DNA from: Nemertoderma westbladi
Lineage: Eukaryota > Animalia > Xenacoelomorpha
Length of the DNA: 35,084 bases
NCBI GenBank assembly: GCA_032718475.1
Contig: JAUCBJ010002869.1
Coordinates: 1-35,084, forward strand
Direction: 5' to 3'
The notes beneath the pieces are model-generated. The model was given only the letters and a program-made list of their open reading frames with translations, had not been told where the DNA came from and searched no databases. A program made the translations under genes and the position numbers. Below, in pieces: positions 23,353 through 35,084 of this stretch (position 1 is the first letter of the stretch; the number at the start of each line of letters is the position of its first letter).

Positions 23353-25042
23353 AAGTGCTAAATGATTATAAGACCGCAAATACCCTAATACGCTAACTCG
23401 CTGAATGTTAATTGCGAATACCCCTCCGTTTCGCGAATAGCCAATTGTACACGTATAACCTAATAATAAAAGCGTTTTGCACAAACTGCGGGGGCGCTAA
23501 AGTCTTAACTTATTACTTTTAGATAGTCTTTGAAAGTACTCTATACAAAGTCCTAACCCGATAACTGTGTATTGTCATGGAAACGTAATGGTTTCTTACC
23601 TGGACATCCATACAATGTATTTCAATTTATTGCACAGGCGACATATTATTATGTAGTGAGTGATTGCCGTGGATTGGAAATACCTAGATATATTGACAAT
23701 CGTTATTTCAAAATTCATCCGGTCTAATTGTTGAGATACCCCAAATTGAGGTTCTAAATTTGTGAAAATATTAGTGAAACAATTTTATGGTTAAAGAGAA
23801 AACTCTATTTGTTTTTATGTAGAGTAATGCGTAATTATTTTTATTCCACAAAGTTGCCTTTTCTTTTATAGCAGGTAAATTGCAATAATTAGTGCATTAT
23901 AGGCGTACCTAAACGTGCGCTATTTTTATGAAAATTAACAACTTCTCGATGGTGATATCCTCGTAACGCAGCTAAGTAATAATCACTAACTTAGTAACAA
24001 TAAACTTCTATAACAAATATTGATAGTATTTCCCATTACTGATAACCATTGATTGTAGGCGAAGTGTAAGTTTAGTTGATGTACCAACTGCAATTAATTG
24101 CATAAAAAGGATATGAATTTCATTAATATTCCTAAACATTACAATATTAACGCTAATAATTAAGCATTCAGAACGCCCTTAAATTGACATAATTTAACAA
24201 AATGGCACCATTTTATGAAAAGGGCACTGTCAACGTTTATGAATGAATGACCCTTGTATATTTATGGAAACATCCCTCGCCACCCTCGCTCGGTACATAA
24301 AAACTGCTTATGTGAAACCTTTCACACAATCATGTAAAATAGTTATAGTTTCACTTTTATCAATTTACAATATTTGCAGGAAAAAATAATACAATTCAAT
24401 CATTATTTAGGTAACATCAGTTATAAATCGGTAAAATATGAAAGTTCCTTTACATAAATCATTACGTCGGTTTTTCTGACTTTTATTGTCTACTATATTT
24501 TAATTTTTTTTACCTATTATCAATAATGTTTTTTACTTTCTCTCGTGTTATTTTAATTTTCGTTGGTTAGTCAATCACACTTATATTCAATTTGTACTAA
24601 GTGCTAAATGATTGTAAGACCGAAAATATTGATTGCGAATACCCCCCAGTTTCGCAAATAACCAATTTCACATCGAACACAAAAATAAAACCGTTTGCAT
24701 AAACTCCGGGAGCGCTAAAGTCCTAACTTATACTTTCTTTTGAAAGTACTTTATACAAAGTCCTAACCCGATAATTTTGTATTGTCATGGAAACCTAATG
24801 GTTTCTTACCTGGACATTGACAACTAGTCTAATGAAACATATGCAAACCGAAATTTATTCCCAGACTGAAACGAATAAGAATGGTGAAATGGAAAACTTA
24901 CACATAGATAGACAATCGTTATTAGAATATTTCCTCGTTTCGTCTATTGTTGAGATATAATAAAATACATAAAACACAAACTCAAACTGTGGCAAATTTA
25001 ATTTGGGTTGTAAATTGGTGAAATTAGTTAGTGAAACAATAA
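23353..25042. repeat. Diverged ~430-bp direct repeat (23353-~23785 and 24599-~25042)
   Basis: Shared blocks AAGTGCTAAATGATT, GCGCTAAAGTC, TACAAAGTCCTAACCCGATAA, ATTGTCATGGAAAC.TAATGGTTTCTTACCTGGACAT, GACAATCGTTATT and TTAGTGAAACAAT. Confidence 0.85.
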
Positions 25043-25846
25043 ATATAATATGCGTCAGATTAATAATTAACAATTGTTAAAATTCAAAACAATTAAAATC
25101 CACTATAATGATAGGCTGCTCAGAGTAACTTAAACCCACATAAATAATTCCCTTGAGTGAATTCTATCCGCGTAGGAGAAATTAAATATAAAAATGTTAA
25201 TTATGATATCATTTTAGAAATATTCTTATGAAAAGATAATGAAAGGAGTCATAGTGAAATTCTCATATTAAAGCAACGTTTCAAAACCAATCCGGATAAT
25301 TCTAAAGTCCCGGGGGAAAATAAATTAACACAGTCCAAGAATTGGAGCCGCACCTAACTAATATATCGTGGACACTGATAAAACACAAGATATACTGTAT
25401 AGTAATAAATTTGATGAAAAATATGAAGCATTAGTTGCATCATTAACTGAAATATGACTCATCTCATTGCACTGATTCAAATGAATAGCCTTGAATTATT
25501 ATAGGAGCTACGGCAATTTGGATATTTTGTATCTCTTAGAATTTTCCCAGGAGTCTTTTTCCCAAGTTTTGTGTTGAATCCGTTACTGTAAAATGATGAT
25601 CCATTACCAAATTTAATATAACATTCCCTTGCAATAAATAGACCTATAAACTGATCTGAAATTTTCAAAACCAAGTTTCATATCGTCACTACTGTAATCT
25701 TTGACAAGTTTTTCGGATAAATGAAAAATCAGGTATCCCAAATGCCAACTAGCTAGGATCGGCATGCTGCATTGCAGCTGCATTTTTAAAAATGCTGTTC
25801 CGGCTTGTCGACAAAATTGCGCCGCCACAACTCCCTATCACCCATG

Positions 25847-27129
25847 CAGGGTTGTTTGAAGTAAATCATTTGATTTAAATCATTGATTAAAATCATGATT
25901 TAAAATCACATATAAAAATAAAAAAAAATCAGATAGTTTTGATTTTTTTAAAATCATGAATTTTATCAATCATGCTTTAAGGCCAGGATAAACATTGCAT
26001 TACTGATTATTAATAAATGATTCAAATTACCTAAATATTTACATGAAAATACAGTATCATCTCGCATTTCCAATACCATACAGTATTCACATGCCCATTA
26101 ATTAAGTTGTACTTTAGAGTTCTATTCAGTTTGTTGTTTATTTAGTTTATATTCGAATTCAGACTTTTCGGGATTTCCGGGATCGGGACCGGGATTATTC
26201 CTCTCGAGATCCCGTTTTACGGGATCGGTATTGCAATTTTGGATTAAATTCATCAAAGTTAATAGTATATGAGGCAGGTTTTTAGTAACACTCACTTTAT
26301 TTTACACTTCTGAAATATTAGTAAGATAAAGTTATATTAAAATTATCTTATAATTGATTACTGGATGGTTTACTGAAATAAAAATTAGATATAATTAAAA
26401 TATTTCCGTTCTGCTGGAACTTTTTTTTAGATGTTCAACAAATTTATTTAACCATTTAAACTTCGGGATCCCGTTTCAAAAAAAGTCGGAATCGGGATTC
26501 GATATTTCGCTGGGATCCCGGTTTTTCAGTTTTTTTTTAAACATTAGTGCATTGATGAAGCCAGAAGTCTTCCGATTGTTTAAATATAAAATCTGATTTA
26601 AATAAAAAAATCTAATTTAAATAAGAAAAAAGTGATTTAAATAGGTGACTACAAAACAAAGACCAAAGACCTAAATGATAAAGACCTGCATAATCTTTGA
26701 AACATGTGTTAACTTTCGTTTATTGTTTTGGTTCCCCCAACAAGCCTCTGTAACATGCTCCTTTACTAACCTGTTCCTTTAAATGCAATGTAACCTAACG
26801 CTCTTTGGCACCTGTACAAAACAAAGATATAAAGTCGCGTTACGTCCTAAAGGGGATTAGGTCCCATTGCCATATAGCGTTAGGTCCCATTGTCATTTAC
26901 AGGAGCAGGTTAGTAAAGGAGCATGTTACAGAGGCGTGTTTGGGGAACCAAAACAATAAACGAAAGTTAACCCATGTGTTTCATACAGGTCTTTGTTATT
27001 TGGGTCTTTACGTTTTAGTCACCCGTTTTAAATGAAAAAAAATCTGATTTAAATTAAATAAATCTGATTTAAATAAAAAAAATCTGATTTTTTTTATTAA
27101 AAAAAAAATCATGATTTTTATCAACACTG
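25847..27129. mobile_element. hAT-type non-autonomous element (TIR CAGGGTTG/CAACACTG, GATTTAAATCA subterminal repeats); TSD CACCCATG
   Basis: CACCCATG at 25839-25846 and 27130-27137. The uninterrupted LINE copy has a single CACCCATG at 30471-30478 (empty site). Confidence 0.92.
26644..27023. mobile_element. Near-perfect palindromic MITE nested in the hAT element
   Basis: GGTGACTA...TTAACTTTCGTTTATTGTTTTGGTTCCCC..GCCTCTGTAACATGCTCCTTTACTAACCTG pairs with its reverse complement ending TAGTCACC. It interrupts the ATCTGATTTAAAT repeats. Confidence 0.85.
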
Positions 27130-28061
27130 CACCCATGAAATTTGCTAGATCATCCGCTTCTTAAAGGCCAGTGTCCTTTAAGATGCGTCTCAAGAAAGTC
27201 ATGGGCTGTCCACCATGCTTATTCAGTCCATGAGGCTGCCAAAGTATACGTTTATGCACTGGCTGGTCCTCACGGTGAAAGCAATGTCCTGCAAAGTGGA
27301 GGCGATTTTGTTCTAGTGTCAAGCTTGGGGGAACCAATGAGACACCTCCAATGTTATATAGTGTCTGGTTGGAGATGTGTGCATTGTACTTGACACAATG
27401 TACCCGGCGTAGCATTCTTGTGAATGTGCCATCCAGATATTTGGTGTCCTCAGCAGTTAGAGCCCAACATAGACTCTCATAGAGAGGTACTGGAACTACT
27501 GCTGCTCTAAATAATCGGACCTTAAGTTTCCGATTAATTCTCGGTGACTTCCTAATCCTGCAAAGCATATTCAAGGCTGCCCAATGCTTTCCCTTACGTA
27601 TTCGAAGGTCCTCATCTGACTTCCGGATCCATGATCCCAGGTAACAGAAGTCGTCCACATGCTCAAGCATACCATCCTTTGAGCTTATGCTCATCCGATC
27701 AGAGACTTGCTGAGGACTTTCAAAGTTAACTGTCAAAATTTTGGTCTTTCTGGAGTTAATAAAAATACCAACACTAGAAGCAGCATGTTCTAATGAACTG
27801 AGGAGCCGTTGGGCTCCCTCTAGTGATTCTGAGAGTACTCCTAAGTCATCAGCAAAGTCTAGATCAGTTAGGTACTTGGCAGGATTTCCTCGACTTCTGG
27901 AGCCAGTAGGTTGAGTTATCATCACCCCATCATCATTATGATGATCTAAGGACGTGCGTAGAACATAGTCAACCACAATTATGAACAAGAATGGTGCAAG
28001 TGTGTCTCCCTGGAGGACGTCCCATTACACTTCAAATGGTTCTCTGTCACCGTCAACAGTA

Positions 28062-28253
28062 AAAAAAAAAAAAAAACTTTTCTTCGACCGCTAGGCCAGG
28101 GATTACGCACAAAGTCTGACGACTTATTTCCAGTGCTGTCCCCCCAGAACTTTACTCCCGAGAGGAAACTCCAGTACTCATTTAGCTACCACTTAAGGAT
28201 GCAAGGCAGAGATGCGCCCTGGCTGCACCAAGGTGGAACCTTCATAGTAGAGA
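28062..28253 (-). mobile_element. 5'-truncated SINE-like insertion (Meta-like domain, T-rich tail) in RTE copy 2; TSD CAACAGTA
   Basis: Absent from RTE copy 1. CAACAGTA at 28054-28061 and 28254-28261. The minus strand has GCCTTGCATCCTTAAGTGGTAGCTAAATGAGTACTGG and ends in a T run. Confidence 0.7.
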
Positions 28254-28592
28254 CAACAGTAGAGACAAATGTTGTCGAACCATCGTATACTGATCTGATT
28301 GCTGCAATAATTTCATCAGGAATCCCATATAATGAAAGTATGCTGAACATACGTGAGAGAGAGACTGAATCAAAGGCCTTGAAGAAGTTAACAAAGATAA
28401 CAGCCAGATGCCTATCTTTCTTTTTTGATAACTCTTCAATTATCCTTCGGGTATCCTATGGGCTCCATGGTCCCACGAATGCCGAATTGGCCAAATGCCA
28501 AAATAAGGATCACGAGACGAATTACAGAAATGCTGAAATGTTTGATCCTGTTTAAACACTTAGTTAGTAGGCCTACAACATAAATAAACCAC

Positions 28593-28782
28593 GCAGTTAG
28601 GTGTATAATAATACTGTTCGGGTTTGCAGTTAGCACAACATTAATTAGACCTTGCAGTTAGGTGTTAGTAATACTGTTCAGGTTTGCAGTTAGCACAACA
28701 TTAATAGACAATGCAGTTAGGTGTATAGTAACACTGTTCAGGTTTGCAGTTAGCACAACATTAATAGACAATGCAGTTAGGG
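28593..28782. repeat. 60-bp tandem repeat, ~3 copies (GCAGTTAGGTGTATAGTAATACTGTTCAGGTTTGCAGTTAGCACAACATTAATAGACAAT)
   Basis: Visible on consecutive 60-nt lines. Probably subterminal repeats of the 23024-28939 element. Confidence 0.9.
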
Positions 28783-28939
28783 CTATGGTATATGTGTAGT
28801 CTTTACCACCCTTGTACTCTAGCGACCTTCCAGAGAATTTGTTAGTTAGGTGTATAGTTGATTTGCATGCGTCTGGAACAGTTAGCACTTTGGACGAAAA
28901 AGAGCACGTTAGCGTTTCGAGTGGTTTGCCGGTATACGT

Positions 28940-30384
28940 GGGAATGTGGGAAGGTGTGTAAGGGAATGTGGGAAGGTGTGTAAGGGAATGTGGGAAGGTG
29001 TGTAAGGGAATGTGGGAAGGTGTGTAAGGGAATGTGGGAAGGTGTGTAAGGGAATGTGGGAAGGTGTGTAAGGGAATGTGGGAAGGTGTGTAAGGGAATG
29101 TGGGAAGGTGTGTAAGGGAATGTGGGAAGGTGTGTAAGGGAATGTGGGAAGGTGTGTAAGGGAATGTGGGAAGGTGTGTAAGGGAATGTGGGAAGGTGTG
29201 TAAGGGAATGTGGGAAGGTGTGTAAGGGAATGTGGGAAGGTGTGTAAGGGAATGTGGGAAGGTGTGTAAGGGAATGTGGGAAGGTGTGTAAGGGAATGTG
29301 GGAAGGTGTGTAAGGGAATGTGGGAAGGTGTGTAAGGGAATGTGGGAAGGTGTGTAAGGGAATGTGGGAAGCTGTGTAAGGGAATGTGGGAAGGTGTGTA
29401 AGGGAATGTGGGAAGGTGTGTAAGGGAATGTGGGAAGGTGTGTAAGGGAATGTGGGAAGGTGTGTGTGTAAGGGAATGTGGGAAGGTGTGTGTGTAAGGG
29501 AATGTGGGAAGGTGTGTAAGGGAATGTGGGAAGGTGTGTAAGGGAATGTGGGAAGGTGTGTAAGGGAATCTGGGAAGGTGTGTAAGGGAATGTGGGGCGG
29601 TGTGTAAGGGAATGTGTGAAGGTGTGTAAGGGAATGTGGGAAGGTGTGTGTGTGTGTAAGGGAATGTGGGAAGGTGTGTAAGGGAATGTGGGAAGGTGTG
29701 TAAGGGAATGTGGGAATTGGTGTAAGGGAATGTGGGAAGGTGTGTAAGGGAATGTGGGAAGGTGTGTAAGGGAATGTGGGAAGGTGTGTAAGGGAATGTG
29801 GGAAGGTGTGTAAGGGAATGTGGGAAGGTGTGTAAGGGAATGTGGGAAGGTGTGTAAGGGAATGTGGGAAGGTGTGTAAGGGAATGTGGGAAGGTGTGTG
29901 TGTAAGGGAATGTGGGAAGGTGTGTAAGGGAATGTGGGAAGGTGTGTAAGGGAATGTGGGAAGGTGTGTAAGGGAATGTGGGAAGGTGTGTAAGGGAATG
30001 TGGGAAGGTGTGTAAGGGAATGTGGGAAGGTGTGTAAGGGAATGTGGGAAGGTGTGTGTGTAAGGGAATGTGGGAAGGTGTGTAAGGGAATGTGGGAAGG
30101 TGTGTAAGGGAATGTGGGAAGGTGTGTAAGGGAATGTGGGAAGGTGTGTAAGGGAATGTGGGAATTGGTGTAAGGGAATGTGGGAAGGTGTGTAAGGAAA
30201 TGTGGGAAGGTGTGTAAGGGAATGTGGGAAGATGTGTAAGGGAATGTGGGAAGATGTGTAACGGAATGTGGGAAGGTGTGTAACGGAATGTGGGAAGGTG
30301 TGTAACGGAATGTGGGAAGGTGTGTAACGGAATGTGGGAAGGTGTGTAAGGGAATGTGGGAAGGTGTGTAAGGGAATGTGGGAA
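28940..30384. repeat. 22-bp G-rich satellite, block 2 (~65 units)
   Basis: Directly visible and highly homogeneous. Confidence 0.99.
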
Positions 30385-32339
30385 CTACTACTAGGATCGG
30401 CATGCTGCATTGCAGCTGCATTTTTAAGAATGCTGTGCCGGCTTGTCAACAAAATTCCACAACTCCCTATCACCCATGACATTTGCTAGATCATCCGCAC
30501 CTTCAAGGCCAGTGTCCTTTAAGATGCGTCTCAAGAAAGTCATGGGCTGTCCACCATGCTTATTCACTCCATGAGGCTGCCAAAGTACAAGATTATGCAC
30601 TGGCTGGTCCTCACGGCGAAAGCAATGTCCTGCAAAGCGGAGGCGATATTGTTCTAGTGTCAAGCTTGGGGGAACCAATGAGACACCTCCAATGTTATAT
30701 AGTGTCTGGTTGAAGATGTGTGCATTGTACTTGACACAATGAACCCGGCGTAGCATTCTTGTGAATGTGCCATCCAGAGATTTGGTGTCCTCAGCAGTTA
30801 GAGCCCAGCATGGACTCCCGTAGAGGAGTACTGGAACTACTGCTGCTCTAAATAATCGGACCTTAAGTTTTCGATTAATTCTCGGTGACTTCCAAATCCT
30901 GGAAAGCCTATTCAAGGCTGCCCATGCCTTTCCCTTACGTATTCGAAGGTCCTCACCTGAATTCCGGATCCATGTTCCCAGGTAACAGAAGTCGTCCACA
31001 TGCTCAAGCATACCATCCTTTGAGCTTATGCTCATCCGATCAGAGACTTGCTGAGGACTTTCAAAGTTAACTGTCAAAATTTTGGTCTTTATGGAGTTAA
31101 TAAAAAGACCAACACTAGAAGCAGCATGTTCTAATGAGCTGAGGAGCCGTTGGGCTCCCTCTAATGATTCTGAGAGTACTCCTAAGTCATCAGCAAAGTC
31201 TAGATCAGTTAGGTACTTGGCAGGATTTCCTCGACTTCTTGAGCCAGTAGGTGGAGTTATCATCACCCCATCATCATTATGATGATCTAAGGACATGCGT
31301 AGAACATAGTCAACCACAATAATGAACAAGAATGGTGCAAGTGTGTCTCCTTGGAGGACGCCCCATAACACTTCAAATGGTTCTGTGTCACCGTCAATAG
31401 TAGACACAAATGTTGTCGAACCATCGTATACTGATCTGATTGCTGCAATAATTTCATCAGGAATCCCATATAATGAAAGTATGCTGAATATACGTGAGCG
31501 AGAGACTGAATCAAAGGCCTTGAAGAAGTCAACAAAGATAACAGCCAGATGCCTGTCTTTCATTTTTGATAATTCTTCAATAATCCTTCTAAGTGCCAAA
31601 ATGGGCTCCATGGTCCCACGACCTTTACGGAACCCATTCTGATTTCCACGGAGCAGTCTCTCAATGGGATCCCTGATGCGATTTAATAGAATCCTATTGT
31701 ATAGCTTTGCAGCAATCGAGATCAATGAGATTCCCCGAAAAGAACCATAGAGTGTTAGGTTGCCCTTCTTGGGAACTGGCACCAACTTATTTGTTTTAAT
31801 TTCTTGTGGAACTCTTGTTGTTCGGTACATGTCTACTATGATGGGATAGATGAGCTTTAAACACTCAGGTATTTTAAAGACCTCAGGGGGAACACTATCT
31901 ACCCCACTGGCACGATTGGTCTTAATGCTCTTTGCAGCAGCCTTCACTTCTGCAAAGGAGATATCGCCAATGGGAATATCTGGGAGTACAGACTCAGACA
32001 CTTTTACTTCTATAAAGTTATCAGACAATACCCTATCATTATTGAGGAGCTTTTCAAAGTGGGCTTTCCAACCATTGAGGCGATCGGCTGGTGATTCAGC
32101 CTTAACCTTGGTGGTTGGTTGGCTTTTCCGCCCAGTAAGCAAATTGATCGATTTCCATGCCTGGGATGATTGCCTGCTGTCGTCAGCATCATTGATGGCA
32201 TCAACCTGTTGGTTTATTTTATTAGCTCCTGTAGATTAACAGAGTACTGCCTGTTCAGGGACCTAGATGCAGCCTTAACTGCATTCTTGGCCGCTGTAGT
32301 CTGTTTGAGTCGGGACTCTTTCTGCGCCTTATGAAGGTC
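30385..32339 (-). mobile_element. 5'-truncated RTE-clade LINE (copy 1) inserted in the 22-bp satellite; (TAG)3 tail; TSD ATGTGGGAA
   Basis: Very short 3'UTR ending TAGTAGTAG at 30385. ATGTGGGAA at 30376-30384 and 32340-32348 is duplicated relative to satellite register. No APE endonuclease is present. Confidence 0.95.
30424..32142 (-). pseudogene. RTE reverse transcriptase, open RT and C-terminal region (572 aa), lacking the N-terminal endonuclease
   Basis: WKAHFEKLLN, PKKGNL...RGISL, QNGFRKGR, FVDFFKAFDSV, GVLQGDTLAPFLF, DLDFADDL, YLG and the RTE-type RLRFAGHCFR. An ATAAA 5-bp duplication near 32215 frameshifts the upstream linker. Confidence 0.93.
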
Positions 32340-33034
32340 ATGTGGGAAGATGTGTAAGGGAATGTGGGAAGGTGTGTAAGGGAATGTGGGAAGGTGTGTA
32401 AGGGAATGTGGGAAGGTGTGTAAGGGAATGTGGGAAGGTGTGTAAGGGAATGTGGGAGGGTGTGTAAGGGAATGTGGGAAGGTGTGTAAGGGAATGTGGG
32501 AAGGTGTGTAAGGGAATGTGGGAAGGTGTGTAAGGGAATGTGGGAAGGTGTGTAAGGGAATGTGGGAAGGTGTGTAAGGGAATGTGGGAAGGTGTGTAAG
32601 GGAATGTGGGAAGGTGTGTAAGGGAATGTGGGAGGGTGTGTAAGGGAATGTGGGAAGGTGTGTAAGGGAATGTGGGAAGGTGTGTAAGGGAATGTGGGAA
32701 GGTGTGTAAGGGAATGTGGGAAGGTGTGTAAGGGAATGTGGGAAGGTGTGTAAGGGAATGTGGGAAGGTGTGTAAGGGAATGTGGGAAGGTGTGTAAGGG
32801 AATGTGGGAATTGGTGTAAGGGAATGTGGGAAGGTGTGTAAGGGAATGTGGGAAGGTGTGTAAGGGAATGTGGGAAGGTGTGTAAGGGAATGTGGGAAGG
32901 TGTGTAAGGGAATGTGGGAAGGTGTGTAAGGGAATGTGGGAAGGTGTGTAAGGGAATGTGGGAAGGTGTGTAAGGGAATGTGGGAAGGTGTGTAAGGGAA
33001 TGTGGGAAGGTGTGTAAGGGAATGTGGGAAGGTG
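32340..33034. repeat. 22-bp G-rich satellite, block 3 (~31 units)
   Basis: Directly visible. Confidence 0.99.
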
Positions 33035-33074
33035 GATAGGAAAATTGGATATTGCTGACTTGAAAACCCATAGA

Positions 33075-35084
33075 AAACCCACCTTCACATCTTCTCACAT
33101 ACCTTCCTACCCACCTTCAAATCGTCCCATCTATCTTTCCACATTCCCACGCTCCCTCACACCCACCTTCCCACATTCAAATCGTCCCCCCAATCTTCAC
33201 ACTTTCCCACCCTCTTTCCCAGACACCTTCACACATTCAAATCGTCCCACCTAACTTTCCACTTTCCCACCAATCTTCCCACTTTCCCACCCTCTTTCCT
33301 ACACACCTTCACACATTCAAATCGTCTCACCTAACTTTCCACATTCCCACCCTCCCCCCACCCACATTCCCACATTCAAATCGTCCCACCTATCTTTCCA
33401 CATTCCCACCCTCCCTCCCACCCACCTTCCCACATTCAAATCGTCCCACCTATCTTCCCACTTTCCCACCAATCTTCCCACTTTCCCACCCTCTTTCCCA
33501 CACACCTTCACACATTCAAATCGTCCCACCTACCTTCCCACTTTCCCACCCTCCCCCACCCACATTCAAATCGTCCCACTTCTCCATCCACCCTCCCTCC
33601 CATCACACCTTCCCACATTCAAATCGTCCCACCTACCTTCCCACTTTCCCACCTATCTTCCCACTTTCCCACCCTCTTTCCCACACACCTTCACACATTC
33701 AAATCGTCCCACCTACCTTCCCACTTTCCCACCTATCTTCCCACTTTCCCACCCTCTTTCCCACACACCTTCACACATTCAAATCGTCCCACCTACCTTC
33801 CCACTTTCCCACCTATCTTCCCACTTTCCCACCCTCTTTCCCACACACCTTCACACATTCAAATCGTCCCACCTACCTTCCCACTTTCCCACCTATCTTC
33901 CCACTTTCCCACCCTCTTTCCCACACACCTTCACACATTCAAATCGTCCCACCTACCTTCCCACTTTCCCACCTATCTTCCCACTTTCCCACCCTCTTTC
34001 CCACACACCTTCACACATTCAAATCGTCCCACCTACCTTCCCACTTTCCCACCTATCTTCCCACTTTCCCACCCTCTTTCCCACACACCTTCACACATTC
34101 AAATCGTCCCACCTACCTTCCCACTTTCCCACCTATCTTCCCACTTTCCCACCCTCTTTCCCACACACCTTCACACATTCAAATCGTCCCACCTACCTTC
34201 CCACTTTCCCACCTATCTTCCCACTTTCCCACCCTCTTTCCCACACACCTTCACACATTCAAATCGTCCCACCTACCTTCCCACTTTCCCACCTATCTTC
34301 CCACTTTCCCGCCCTCTTTCCCACACACCTTCACACATTCAAATCGTCCCACCTACCTTCCCACTTTCCCACCTATCTTCCCACTTTCCCACCCTCTTTC
34401 CCACACACCTTCACACATTCAAATCGTCCCACCTACCTTCCCACTTTCCCACCAATCTTCCCACTTTCCCACCCTCTTTCCCACACACCTTCACACATTC
34501 AAATCGTCCCACCTACCTTCCCACTTTCCCACCTATCTTCCCACTTTCCCACCCTCTTTCCCACACACCTTCACACATTCAAATCGTCCCACCTACCTTC
34601 CCACTTTCCCACCTATCTTCCCACTTTCCCACCCTCTTTCCCACACACCTTCACACATTCAAATCGTCCCACCTACCTTCCCACTTTCCCACCTATCTTC
34701 CCACTTTCCCGCCCTCTTTCCCACACACCTTCACACATTCAAATCGTCCCACCTACCTTCCCACCTATCTTCCCACTTTCCCCCCTCTTTCCCACACACC
34801 TTCACACATTCAAATCGTCCCACCTACCTTCCCACTTTCCCACCTATCTTCCCACTTTCCCACCCTCTTTCCCACACACCTTCACACATTCAAATCGTCC
34901 CACCTACCTTCCCACTTTCCCACCTATCTTCCCACTTTCCCACCCTCTTTCCCACACACCTTCACACATTCAAATCGTCCCACCTACCTTCCCACTTTCC
35001 CACCTATCTTCCCACTTTCCCGCCCTCTTTCCCACACACCTTCACACATTCAAATCGTCCCACCTACCTTCCCACTTTCCCACC
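33075..35084. repeat. C-rich 80-bp satellite (four 20-bp subunits); degenerate to ~33610, then homogeneous; runs off the right edge
   Basis: CATTCAAATCGTCCC recurs every 80 bp from 33696. Subunits are CCACTTTCCCACCCTCTTTC / CCACACACCTTCACACATTC / AAATCGTCCCACCTACCTTC / CCACTTTCCCACCTATCTTC. Confidence 0.98.

Larger units (their letters stand above)
25749..28490 (-). mobile_element. 5'-truncated, decayed RTE-clade LINE (copy 2), interrupted by a hAT MITE and a SINE; TSD CCAAATGCCAA
   Basis: Co-linear with 30385-31621. RT motifs DLDFADDL and FAGHCF in ORF 27161..27988. TAG-type tail at 25749. The 11-bp direct repeat lies at 25738-25748 and 28491-28501. Confidence 0.92.
23024..28939. mobile_element. 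Probable old TIR DNA element (GTGCTAAC/GTTAGCAC subterminal motifs) inserted in the 22-bp satellite
   Basis: Left TGGCAAA..GCTAAC..GCTCTTTTTC..TCCAAAGTGCTAAC mirrors right GTTAGCACTTTGGA..GAAAAAGAGC..GTTAGC..TTTGCC. The satellite resumes in register (TAA|GGGAATG). No transposase or TSD seen. Confidence 0.55.

Noticed and set aside
25100-25740. Transposase remnant inside the 23024-28939 element
   Set aside because: Short ORFs with stops and no recognisable DDE or other motif by eye. A translated search would be needed.
30424-32142. Telomerase, retron, DGR or group II RT associated with repeats
   Set aside because: The motifs, RLRFAGH C-terminus, TAG tail and TSD identify an ordinary truncated RTE LINE.
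28658-33098. Long HTFPHSLTHLPTFPYTPSHIPL ORFs, including apparent fusions to RT
   Set aside because: The 22-bp unit has no stop on the minus strand. The apparent fusion is just the LINE truncation point inside the satellite and is frameshifted near 32215.

Overview
AT-rich eukaryotic (probably invertebrate animal) repeat-dense DNA with no prokaryotic features. From left to right: (i) a ~13.5 kb array of a 48-bp satellite (~280 units, with higher-order duplications). (ii) A minus-strand spliced gene with two phase-matched coding exons (15473-14979 and 13661-13464). Exon 1 resembles the N-terminal domain of Penelope-like retroelements and exon 2 encodes a coiled coil. The 48-bp satellite unit is the last 13 codons of exon 2 plus a putative splice donor (CAG|GTTGGT), so the array looks like an exon-end/donor junction amplified hundreds of times, with the first 13 donors in frame. 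(iii) A cluster of MITE/foldback-type DNA elements, decayed LINE RT fragments and a tRNA-Gly-derived SINE with an amplified tail (17.6-22.3 kb). (iv) A G-rich 22-bp satellite that appears split by an old TIR element and by a 5'-truncated RTE LINE, with several nested insertions supported by TSDs. (v) A related C-rich 80-bp satellite in inverted orientation running off the right end. Almost all ORFs in the ORF track are artefacts of tandem repeats.
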